Below, piece by piece: positions 47,449 to 56,090 of a stretch of 64,000 nucleotides of DNA. Source of the stretch: an archaeon (GTDB lineage Archaea; Nanobdellota; Nanobdellia; SCGC-AAA011-G17; GW2011-AR17); the NCBI GenBank assembly GCA_043825775.1, contig JBDRRK010000012.1, forward strand, positions 129,237 to 193,236, given 5' to 3'. Below the pieces are notes generated by a model. The model worked only from the letters and a program-made list of their open reading frames with translations. It had not been told where the DNA came from and ran no database searches. Position 1 is the stretch's first letter; each line of letters opens with the position of its first letter. A program made the position numbers and the translations under genes.

Positions 47449-47478
47449 TATTACCTTTTCCGAAACCTGCTATTTAAA
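47449..47478 (+). promoter_or_regulatory. element backbone promoter motif, copy 4
   Basis: TATTACCTTTTCCGAAACCTGCTATTTAAA; virB4 ATG is 51 nt after motif start. Confidence 0.75.
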
Positions 47479-47499
47479 AATCAAAAACCCATTATTTAT

Positions 47500-50400
47500 A
47501 TGGGCTACGATATCCCCCCACCATTAGAACATAAGGAAAAGATAATGTTTGGTTTAACATTCTCACAGTTAGCTTATGCTTTTCCTGCTTTTCTGATTAT
47601 TTTCTTTTTAGTATTTAGAATGAATCTACCCATTACAGTTTCAGGAACAATATCTTTAATTGTTGCATTTACTGCAGCCTTCTTTATGTTTTTTGATGGA
47701 TTGAACAAAATAAGAAACTGGTATAATTATTTCAAGAATCCTCAAGTCAAGGTTTTAAGCAAGTTATTAAAACAAATTGTAGATATCAAGAAAATAAAAG
47801 ATGATGTTGTCCACCAATCTAAAGTTCAGTTAGCAATAATAGAAGTAATACCAATGAACTTCATGCTAAAGACAGAAGAGGAAAAGGAATCAATAATAAT
47901 CGGATTTCAAAAATTTCTTAATTCTTTAGACTTCCCTATTCAAATACATATTTCAAGCAATCCAATAAGTTTAAGTGAGCATTTCAGCTATACAGACAAG
48001 AAAGCAAAGGAAAAAGATTTGAAAGAATTGGTTGATTCATATTGTGGTTTTGTAAGGAAATCAATAGAAGACAATAACATACAGAACAGGAACTTCTACA
48101 TTATAATCAAAGAAAAAGACAACCTTGACATACAGGTAAAGATCTGCTGTGAAGGATTAAAATCTTTAGGATTAAAAATAAAAAGATTGAATGACAAGGC
48201 ACTAACCGAATTGTTTCATAATTATATAGCCAATAAAAAACAAAAGGATTTTCAAGAAGAAGTAAAGGATATAGCTCATTTCTTATTCTCTCCAGAAAAA
48301 ATAATGTTTCATCCTGATCATTTTGAAGTGGATGATACTTTTTGTAGAGTAATTTCAGTAACAGGTTATCCACATTCTGTTGAGATGGGTTTTTTGGATA
48401 AGCTAATAAGTTCTGGAGAAAAATATGACATCAGCATACATATTGAGCCTTTCCCAATTGAGATTACAATGATTGAATTAAATAGGGATTTACAAAAACA
48501 ACAGTCCGATTTATATGCAGATTCAAAAAAAGGCATCATAAACCCATCTTTAGAAATCAAATACAAATGCACAAGAAAAGTTTTAGAGGATTTGCAGAAA
48601 GGTAAACAAAAACTCTTTAATGTTTCTCTATATGTAATGTGCAGAGGAAAGGATAAAAAAGAAATTGATCTGTTAGCAAAAAAAATTAAAGCTGATTTAG
48701 ATGGGTTGATGATACAAAGCAAAGCCCCCATGTTTCAAATGATGGAATCGTATGCTTCAATGCTTCCTCTGGCTAATAATAAATTAAAAGTTAAAAGAAA
48801 TATTCACACAGAAGGATTGGCTGCATTTTTTCCTTTCTCTTCTCCTTTTTTGGATATTGAAAATGATGGTATCTTATTGGGCTGGAACAAGAATAAAATC
48901 CCATTTATCAAGAATGTTTTCAACCTTGCTAATGCAAATGGTATTATCTTAGCTACATCCGGCTCAGGAAAGAGTTATTTCACTAAATTGCTCCTTTCTA
49001 GGCAATATATGAATGGATGTGATATAATAATCATTGATCCACAAGGCGAGTATTTGGCGATCACAGAGCACTATAAGGGCGAGTCTATAACCATTTCCAA
49101 GAACTCCAAGACAATGATTAATCCATTAGATCTGATGGGGCATGAATACCTAGAGAAAAGGCTGTCTTTGATAGATTTATTCAAGATTATGTTTGGAGAT
49201 TTAAACGAGTTACAGCAGTCTATCTTGGACAAGGCCATTGACACGACTTATGAAAATCATGGAATTACAAGGGATGATTACGAAAGCCACGAACCTCCTG
49301 TCATGAGTGATTTATTTGATACTTTGCAGAAATTAGAGAAGACAGCAGTTCAGCAGGAAAAGGTTACTTATAGAGCCTTAATGAATAGGATTCAGATGTA
49401 TACAAAGAAAGGAGTCTTTGGTTTTCTTGATAGAAAAACAGAGATTAACTTTGAAAATAAATTTGTATGTTTTAATATTGGTTCAATGCCTAAACAAGTC
49501 AAGCCAGTTATTATGTTTCTTGTTTTAGATTTTGTTTTTATGAGAATGAAAGAGACAAGTAGAAGAAAATTATTGGTGATAGATGAGGCTTGGGCTATGC
49601 TTCAGACAGCAGAGGAATCCTCTTATGTTTTTGAAATTGTGAAGACTTGTCGGAAGTATAATTTGGGAATGTTAATGATTACTCAGGATGTTGCTGACTT
49701 AGTTGGTTCCAAGGCAGGTCACGCAGTCTTGGCAAACACATCTTATACTTTTCTATTAAGACAAAAGCCTGCTGTGATTCAGAATGTTGCAAGAACTTTT
49801 AATTTAAGCAATGCTGAAAAGGAGTTTTTAATTTCAGCTAAGTTAGGAAATGGTATTTTGATTTTGGAGAATGAACATCAGGAGTTGGAAGTCATAGCCT
49901 CCCCTGTTGAACATGAATTGATAACAACAAACCCTGATGAGTTGATTAAATTAACTGAGAGAAAAAAGCATGAACCTAAAGTTAAAAAGGAATCTGAAAC
50001 AGCTGACTTGGATTTGAACAAGGCAGTATTTTCACCTAAAGGTCTGACAGCTCTACAGGTTAATGTCCTGAACAATCATGAATATGTCTTGAAAAAGTTC
50101 CATGATTTAGAAACTGGACCTCGGCCTTACTATGTCAAGGCCCGCCACCCTGAATCAGTGGATCATACCTTCTTGGTTGAGATTATTGCAGATGAAATCA
50201 AGAAATACACCAAAGAGGTGGAGGTCTACCAAACCAAAAATGCTGACATTATTTTCAAGAACAAAGTCGGCCAGAAAATAGCCTTGGAAATAGAGACTGG
50301 AAAGGAATTTGACAAACATCAGAAAAGACTTGAAGAGAAGTTTGAAAACCTAAGAAAAACCATGGGTGGAAGGGTTTATATAATTTTAACAGATACATCT

Positions 50401-50532
50401 ATAAAAAATAGATACCTTAGATTTAACACTCAAATATTGAGTAGAAATAAAATTAAAGAGTTTGTAAAGTTACAATTTAGTGGAAATAAGAACTCTTATA
50501 TAGGGGGGATTTTAAACTTGACGAGTAGCTAA
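47500..50532 (+). CDS. virB4: PrgI/VirB3-VirB4 conjugative ATPase fusion with C-terminal PD-(D/E)XK-like domain
   Basis: PrgI-like YDIP...KEKIMFGLTFSQL; Walker A ATSGSGKS, IDPQGEY, Walker B VIDEAW, RKY....ITQ; C-terminal H...ADIIF...IALEIETG. Confidence 0.85.
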   Translation: MGYDIPPPLEHKEKIMFGLTFSQLAYAFPAFLIIFFLVFRMNLPITVSGTISLIVAFTAAFFMFFDGLNKIRNWYNYFKNPQVKVLSKLLKQIVDIKKIKDDVVHQSKVQLAIIEVIPMNFMLKTEEEKESIIIGFQKFLNSLDFPIQIHISSNPISLSEHFSYTDKKAKEKDLKELVDSYCGFVRKSIEDNNIQNRNFYIIIKEKDNLDIQVKICCEGLKSLGLKIKRLNDKALTELFHNYIANKKQKDFQEEVKDIAHFLFSPEKIMFHPDHFEVDDTFCRVISVTGYPHSVEMGFLDKLISSGEKYDISIHIEPFPIEITMIELNRDLQKQQSDLYADSKKGIINPSLEIKYKCTRKVLEDLQKGKQKLFNVSLYVMCRGKDKKEIDLLAKKIKADLDGLMIQSKAPMFQMMESYASMLPLANNKLKVKRNIHTEGLAAFFPFSSPFLDIENDGILLGWNKNKIPFIKNVFNLANANGIILATSGSGKSYFTKLLLSRQYMNGCDIIIIDPQGEYLAITEHYKGESITISKNSKTMINPLDLMGHEYLEKRLSLIDLFKIMFGDLNELQQSILDKAIDTTYENHGITRDDYESHEPPVMSDLFDTLQKLEKTAVQQEKVTYRALMNRIQMYTKKGVFGFLDRKTEINFENKFVCFNIGSMPKQVKPVIMFLVLDFVFMRMKETSRRKLLVIDEAWAMLQTAEESSYVFEIVKTCRKYNLGMLMITQDVADLVGSKAGHAVLANTSYTFLLRQKPAVIQNVARTFNLSNAEKEFLISAKLGNGILILENEHQELEVIASPVEHELITTNPDELIKLTERKKHEPKVKKESETADLDLNKAVFSPKGLTALQVNVLNNHEYVLKKFHDLETGPRPYYVKARHPESVDHTFLVEIIADEIKKYTKEVEVYQTKNADIIFKNKVGQKIALEIETGKEFDKHQKRLEEKFENLRKTMGGRVYIILTDTSIKNRYLRFNTQILSRNKIKEFVKLQFSGNKNSYIGGILNLTSS

Positions 50533-50609
50533 ATTTGGCTAACAAATGGCTTAATTCTTTAAAATGTAACCTTACAAGTAACTTGACGAGATTAAGAAAT
50601 ATATCCTTT

Positions 50610-51281
50610 TTACTTTGAGCCTTCAATAACAAGATATAAACCCCTATCACTAGTTTCTGCTTGACCCATTCCCTTGATGTAATTTATTTTAAATCCTGCT
50701 TGCTTAATTGCCTTTTCTATATCCTCTTTTGAGTGAAGATATAAAGTAGTATCTGAAAGCACCTTTCTATTACCTAAATCAAAAGTTCCTTTTAGTAGAT
50801 TACCTTTAATTGTATAATCTTTGTAAAAAGTCTTACGTTCCTCATATGTTTCTGGATTAGCAGTAATAATTAGAAACCTTCCTTTAGGTTTTAAGATTTT
50901 AAACATTTCTTTAGCAGCAGAATTTAGATTTTTTAGATGAGACCAAACCCATATAGAAATAATCGCATCAACTGATTCATTTTTTAATGGAACATCATAA
51001 GCATTTCCTTTAATAAACTGTTTATTTGGAGAAGAATAAAGACTCTTTGCACGTTTGAGAAGTGTAAGGGAAGGTTCAATACCAATATACTTAGTTTTTT
51101 CATCTATCAAATCCGAACAATAGCCTTGACCACAACCAACATCACATAAAACTTGAGGTTTTAATTTTTTTAACCACTTTTTAATAAGGGGAATAATATC
51201 CTTTTTTCTAGCCCCTTCTGAATCTGATGCTTCTACCCAATCAATCCATTCCTTTGCTAATTTGTTATTATAACCACTCAT
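50610..51281 (-). CDS. class I SAM-dependent methyltransferase
   Basis: DVGCGQG, G.E.S, LKP.GR. Confidence 0.88.
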   Translation of the reverse strand: MSGYNNKLAKEWIDWVEASDSEGARKKDIIPLIKKWLKKLKPQVLCDVGCGQGYCSDLIDEKTKYIGIEPSLTLLKRAKSLYSSPNKQFIKGNAYDVPLKNESVDAIISIWVWSHLKNLNSAAKEMFKILKPKGRFLIITANPETYEERKTFYKDYTIKGNLLKGTFDLGNRKVLSDTTLYLHSKEDIEKAIKQAGFKINYIKGMGQAETSDRGLYLVIEGSK

Positions 51282-51379
51282 AATTATCTATTAAAGGAAT
51301 TAGATTATATAAATAAATCGTTTTTAAACCGAAGAAGATAAGGGTAATATTTATAAATACAAAATCAAAAACACAAATC

Positions 51380-51691
51380 ATGGATAGAGGCAAAAATATT
51401 AATGAATTTGTAGTTGGAGAAATGATGATAGTCCTAACTCCAGAGGAAATCATACCTCGTTCAAAATCACATAGGTTGAGTAAAGCCTTAGGAGATTATC
51501 ATAATTGTCCCTTTACCCTTTACAGATATGGGAATCCTAATCCCGAATCTCTTTCTATGGAAGAAGCAAATAAATTAGTAGAAAAAGGCAGTCATGTTTT
51601 TTGTTGGACTCGTTGCAATTATGGGGATTGTCCTGCTTATGAATCTTATATCTGGAGAACTAATGCTCAAGGCATAATCTCAGAAGCCTGA
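51380..51691 (+). CDS. hypothetical protein
   Basis: 103 aa; TTTATAAA upstream. Confidence 0.55.
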   Translation: MDRGKNINEFVVGEMMIVLTPEEIIPRSKSHRLSKALGDYHNCPFTLYRYGNPNPESLSMEEANKLVEKGSHVFCWTRCNYGDCPAYESYIWRTNAQGIISEA

Positions 51692-51741
51692 TCTCCTCTC
51701 AAGCCATCAATTTTATAAATAATAGAAGAATTCTTTTTTGT

Positions 51742-52257
51742 ATGGAAGACTTACACAAAAGGTGGCCTCACAGGTGGCTTACACCAAAAGCAAAACCGGG
51801 AGAATCTACAATACACAGATATGGAATCTTTGCAAATGAAGATATCAAAAAAGGTGAGCCAATTAATGTGTTTGGTGGGCTAGCTGTTCCTAAAACTGAG
51901 ATAGAAGAATACAGAAAAATAATTAGTCATGCAGGAATACAAGTTAGTGATGATTTCTTTATTGTTCCAGCAAGTAATGATGAAATAGTTGAACAGGGAA
52001 TTTTTAATCATTCATGCGAGCCAAATGTAGGTTTTAATTCTAGCGTGACTATGACTGCAATAAGAAATATAAAAGCAGGAGAAGAATTACTTATGAATTA
52101 CGCTTTTATGGAAAGCTTTTTTGATTCATTCGAATGTAACTGTGGTTCTCCAAAATGCAGAAAAGTCATTGATAATAATACTTGGAAAGATAAAGAATTT
52201 CAAGAAAAATACCTTGAATATTACTCTCCATATTTGAAAGAAAAAATTAGGGTTTAG
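51742..52257 (+). CDS. SET domain protein with post-SET
   Basis: G.FA..DIKKGE, NHSCEPN, A.RNI.AGEEL..NY, CNCGS..CR. Confidence 0.92.
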   Translation: MEDLHKRWPHRWLTPKAKPGESTIHRYGIFANEDIKKGEPINVFGGLAVPKTEIEEYRKIISHAGIQVSDDFFIVPASNDEIVEQGIFNHSCEPNVGFNSSVTMTAIRNIKAGEELLMNYAFMESFFDSFECNCGSPKCRKVIDNNTWKDKEFQEKYLEYYSPYLKEKIRV

Positions 52258-52498
52258 GAAGAAAATCTTTCTGATTAGTTTCTAACTGTTCAACTCTTCT
52301 TTCTAATTCACTGGTTCTAGCATACAATCCAGCTTCACCTAAGCCATACAGAATTGCACCTGCTAAGAAGTAATCTGTAGAATTGTCAATTATCCCAACT
52401 ATCATTGCAGTAGCTCCCATTCCTTTATAAAACATATAACTCCTTTTTGGAGAAAAGAATTTTACAGTGTCTTTTAGTATTTCATAAAGTTGACCCAT
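52247..52498 (-). CDS. hypothetical two-TM protein
   Basis: ATG 52498 follows TTTATAAA; hydrophobic segments. Confidence 0.5.
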   Translation of the reverse strand: MGQLYEILKDTVKFFSPKRSYMFYKGMGATAMIVGIIDNSTDYFLAGAILYGLGEAGLYARTSELERRVEQLETNQKDFLPKP

Positions 52499-52545
52499 AT
52501 CTTTGGGGTTTAAAGTAATATTTATAAAGTTTGAGTATCTTTTTT

Positions 52546-52636
52546 TCAACTTCTAATACTCCTCCCCCCCATCTAGAACTAAATTCTGCCCTGTTACAAA
52601 ATCAGCAGTGGTTAGATATAAAATAGCCTCAGCAAC
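52546..52636 (-). pseudogene. C-terminal remnant of an SDR oxidoreductase
   Basis: Translates VAEAILYLTTADFVTGQNLVLDGG; no start or N-terminal part; G7 run shifts the frame. Confidence 0.7.
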
Positions 52637-52677
52637 AAAACACAAAGTTTTTATATAAAAATATTTTAATTTTAAGG

Positions 52678-53028
52678 ATGTGGAAAAACCTAGCTCCAAA
52701 AATACTTAGACAAAGAGTAATTATAGAAGGAACTACAGAAAAAATTGTAGAACCTGATCAAATAAGTGATTATTTACTTAAATTAGCAGAAGTTGCAAAA
52801 ATGGAAGTTATGAAAGAACCTATTACAAGTTCGGCTCATGAAATGGGTTGGAGTGGTTGGATTCATTGGAAAACTTCTGGAGCACATTTTTATAGTTATC
52901 CGGGGAATCCTGCATTATTTACAGTTGATATGTATACGTGCAAACTTTTTTCTGTTGAAGAAGTTGTAGAATTTACCAAGAAATATTTTAAACCAATTGA
53001 AATAGTCTCCAAAGAGGTTAAAGTATGA
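52678..53028 (+). CDS. S-adenosylmethionine decarboxylase-like protein
   Basis: G.SG.IHW.TSG.H.YSYP...FTVD.YTCK.F pattern; ESH cleavage site replaced by TSG. Confidence 0.7.
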   Translation: MWKNLAPKILRQRVIIEGTTEKIVEPDQISDYLLKLAEVAKMEVMKEPITSSAHEMGWSGWIHWKTSGAHFYSYPGNPALFTVDMYTCKLFSVEEVVEFTKKYFKPIEIVSKEVKV

Positions 53029-53030
53029 TA

Positions 53031-53564
53031 TTATTCTAAGCTATGTATCCTCTTCAAAGCCTCATACTCCTTTCTGCACATCCCTTTAGCCTCAGGAAGT
53101 AATATCTTATCCCAATCCTTCTCCATCTTCTTCAAATTACCTTCGCATATACTCTTAATATCTCTATCTGGATTCTCCCAAAAGAAAATCTCAAAAAATG
53201 GACTCAAAAAGTGTGAAACAGCATCAGCAGAAGCAATTAATTTAACCTCTATCCTATCTTCAGGACTAGGTTTATTATGTTTAAATACACATTCAACAAT
53301 TAAATCCTTATGTGAATAATCCCTTAACATTTCAGAAACAATCTCTGCTCCTGTTTCAGCATGATTATCCAAACCTCTAATCTTTCCAATGTCATGAAGA
53401 TAAACAATCATCTCAATTAATTCCAAATCCAAATAATACTTTTTAGCCAACTCCAAAGCAATCTCTTTCATAGGAACAATATGATAATCCCAATACCAAG
53501 AACTATGCTTAAAATTACTATCAGAACATTCCTTTTTCACTCTTTCCTTAATTTCTTCCAACAT
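53031..53564 (-). CDS. HD domain protein
   Basis: H...LHDIGK...HA..GA...H...ADA.SH. Confidence 0.85.
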   Translation of the reverse strand: MLEEIKERVKKECSDSNFKHSSWYWDYHIVPMKEIALELAKKYYLDLELIEMIVYLHDIGKIRGLDNHAETGAEIVSEMLRDYSHKDLIVECVFKHNKPSPEDRIEVKLIASADAVSHFLSPFFEIFFWENPDRDIKSICEGNLKKMEKDWDKILLPEAKGMCRKEYEALKRIHSLE

Positions 53565-53565
53565 T

Positions 53566-54867
53566 CTAAGCAACCTCTCTCAATCTTACATCTTCCAAGC
53601 TTGGATTCATACTTAAGATTTTCTCTACATCAACTTCCATTTCAATACCACCAACTTCTCTAACTACTCTCTTCTGTGTTTCATATAAAAGTTGTAAAGC
53701 ATCAAATGAATCTTCCAAACTAACCGGTAAAGCCACTAATCTAACATGATTATAATCATCCAAATCATCTGAAACTATCCTTATTTCTTCAGAACTGGAT
53801 ATCTTTGAACTTGGGTGAGGAGTATACATACAAGTATAAACCTTAACTCTTTTATCTCTGCCAATCTCAATCATAAAATCAGCATCCTGCCTTAAATCTT
53901 CTTGTGTCTGACCGGGCAGACCTAAAATAAAAGAAGGATTCACAACAAAGCCATAATCCAAAGCCATTGCTATTTTTCTTCTAACCTGCTCTTCTGAAAT
54001 TCCTTTATCAAATGATTGTGTTATTGATTCTACTCCTGTATGTATTTCAACAAATCCAGCAGCTCTTAATAACCCTAAAATCTCCTCATCCAGTTCTGCA
54101 ATTCCTGATTTGGCTTTATAGGTTAATCCCAAATCCTCAGCTTTTATTCTTGCTATTAATTGAACTAACCTCTCCCTATTTTGAGTTAAAGATTCATCCT
54201 TAAAATTAACTTCTGTGAAACCATTATCTCTATAATACCTTAATTCTTCAACAACAGAATCTATTGACCTTAATCTTTGATGATGCTCCCAATGTGGAGA
54301 TACAGTACAAAAATCACATGCATTATTACAACCCCTTGCTGAATAGATTATTCCCTTTACATGTTCCCTATAATCATCCATTGGCAATAAATCATAAGCA
54401 GGTTGTAAATCTATGTTTTCTAATTGTCTTCTTCTTACTCTTGGAACTTCTCCTCGTTCTAAAGCTCTAACTATATCAACTATAACTTGCTCTCCTTCTC
54501 CTTTAACTATATAATCAGCACTTCCAAAAAAATAATCAGGATTGCTCGTAGGAAATATTCCTCCAGCTATTGTTATCTTTCCTAAAGATTTAGCTAACCC
54601 TAATATTTCTCTTGCAGACTTTGCCTCTGCTGTTGAAGCTCCAACACAAACAACATCACTCTCTTGAATATCTTGGGTTATATCATAATCCTGATCTAAA
54701 AAATCTAGTAACCTGTAAGGCTGAATTCTTACTTCTGTTTCTGGAATTTCTTGTCTTAGATAACTTGCTAAAAGAGCATAGTTCAACCTTATTCCTACTT
54801 CTGCCCTTCCTTGAGAATGAACTTTGTTTGGGTATCTTACCTGTGGTTCTGCAAATAAGATTTTCAT
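53566..54867 (-). CDS. B12-binding domain radical SAM protein
   Basis: GG.FPT, GEGE, RGCNNACDFC, G.ES, FILGLPG. Confidence 0.9.
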   Translation of the reverse strand: MKILFAEPQVRYPNKVHSQGRAEVGIRLNYALLASYLRQEIPETEVRIQPYRLLDFLDQDYDITQDIQESDVVCVGASTAEAKSAREILGLAKSLGKITIAGGIFPTSNPDYFFGSADYIVKGEGEQVIVDIVRALERGEVPRVRRRQLENIDLQPAYDLLPMDDYREHVKGIIYSARGCNNACDFCTVSPHWEHHQRLRSIDSVVEELRYYRDNGFTEVNFKDESLTQNRERLVQLIARIKAEDLGLTYKAKSGIAELDEEILGLLRAAGFVEIHTGVESITQSFDKGISEEQVRRKIAMALDYGFVVNPSFILGLPGQTQEDLRQDADFMIEIGRDKRVKVYTCMYTPHPSSKISSSEEIRIVSDDLDDYNHVRLVALPVSLEDSFDALQLLYETQKRVVREVGGIEMEVDVEKILSMNPSLEDVRLREVA

Positions 54868-55023
54868 AATAGGAGAAATGTAAACATGATTTAAATAATG
54901 GCTTGAGTCGATTTTTTTACAATTGAAGTGTTTTTAGAGGAAAATAAGGTAATTGTAAAAGGGATTTATAAAAGACTGTGACATGGCATTTGTACGCAAC
55001 CTTTAAAACTAAATAAGTCTATC

Positions 55024-55599
55024 ATGGTTTATATGGAGGAAGATCAAATTTTGGAAAATATGTCGGAGTTACAGAAATATATAGTTCTACTCCTAAAAGC
55101 AAATAATAGAGAACTTATTAAAGGTAACACTTGGTTTCAAAAAGAACTTTTTCTTATTTCTAAAAATATTCCTTCCGTAGCTGAAGAAGCCTCTTTTGAA
55201 GCAGATATGTATGGTCCTTTTAGTGAAACTGCTGAAGAAGAACTTGAAGAACTTGGAATGGATGATGTTGTTTTAAAATCTGGAAATAAAGTTTTTTTAT
55301 CAAGTTTAGGAGATAAAATTGCTGCTAAAATAAAATCAAATATATCTAAAGAAGAATTCGAAATGATTTCAGAATTTAAGACCTTATTAAATGATTTGAA
55401 TCCTGAAGAAGTATTGACTTTAATTTATTTTACTTTTCCTAATATGACTCAAGAGTCTTTAGTTTTGGACAATATCAAGAAGCATAGAAAAAAAATAGCT
55501 ATAGAGTTATACAAAAAAGGAAAAATTAGTCTTCAAAGGGCATCTGAAATTGCAGATTTGCCTTTAGAAATTTTTGTTGAGGAGATTAAAAACATATGA
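55024..55599 (+). CDS. YwgA-like domain fused to a UPF0175 HTH (antitoxin-like)
   Basis: G.T.FQKELFL, F....YGPFS; C-terminal AIELY.KGKISL.RASEIA.L. Confidence 0.7.
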   Translation: MVYMEEDQILENMSELQKYIVLLLKANNRELIKGNTWFQKELFLISKNIPSVAEEASFEADMYGPFSETAEEELEELGMDDVVLKSGNKVFLSSLGDKIAAKIKSNISKEEFEMISEFKTLLNDLNPEEVLTLIYFTFPNMTQESLVLDNIKKHRKKIAIELYKKGKISLQRASEIADLPLEIFVEEIKNI

Positions 55600-56090
55600 A
55601 AATTACTGATTCTTCTTGCTTAATCTGTATATTTGTAGAGATTGAAAAACCATTTATTCTGCTTAATTGGATAAAAAGAGGATATAAAATTGTTATTCCT
55701 CATCAAATATTTAAAGAATTACAAAAAAATAAAAAAACTTTTGAGAAAGTTAAACCAAAAATAAATGAAGGATTAATTACACTACAAAAATTAATAAATG
55801 AAGAAGATATTATAAAATTTAGAAATAGACATCCTCAACTTGGAAAAGGAGAAATATCTGTTATATTAACAGCTATAATGTTAAATAAACAAAAAAAGAG
55901 ATATTATGCAGTAATAGATGATAAAAATGCGAGAAAGATAGCTCAAAAATATAATATTCAACTCACAGGAACATATGGTTTGTTGAAGACATTAAATGAT
56001 AAAAAAGTTATTTCAAAAAAAGAGTTCACTGATTGTAAAAAAGCGATGCAAGATTCAAAATTTAGGATAAATTTTGATAAAATAAAATGA
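55596..56090 (+). CDS. PIN domain protein (DUF3368-like)
   Basis: ITDSS.LI, P....EL, LG.GE...I, IDD..AR..A.......GT.GLL. Confidence 0.85.
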   Translation: MKITDSSCLICIFVEIEKPFILLNWIKRGYKIVIPHQIFKELQKNKKTFEKVKPKINEGLITLQKLINEEDIIKFRNRHPQLGKGEISVILTAIMLNKQKKRYYAVIDDKNARKIAQKYNIQLTGTYGLLKTLNDKKVISKKEFTDCKKAMQDSKFRINFDKIK

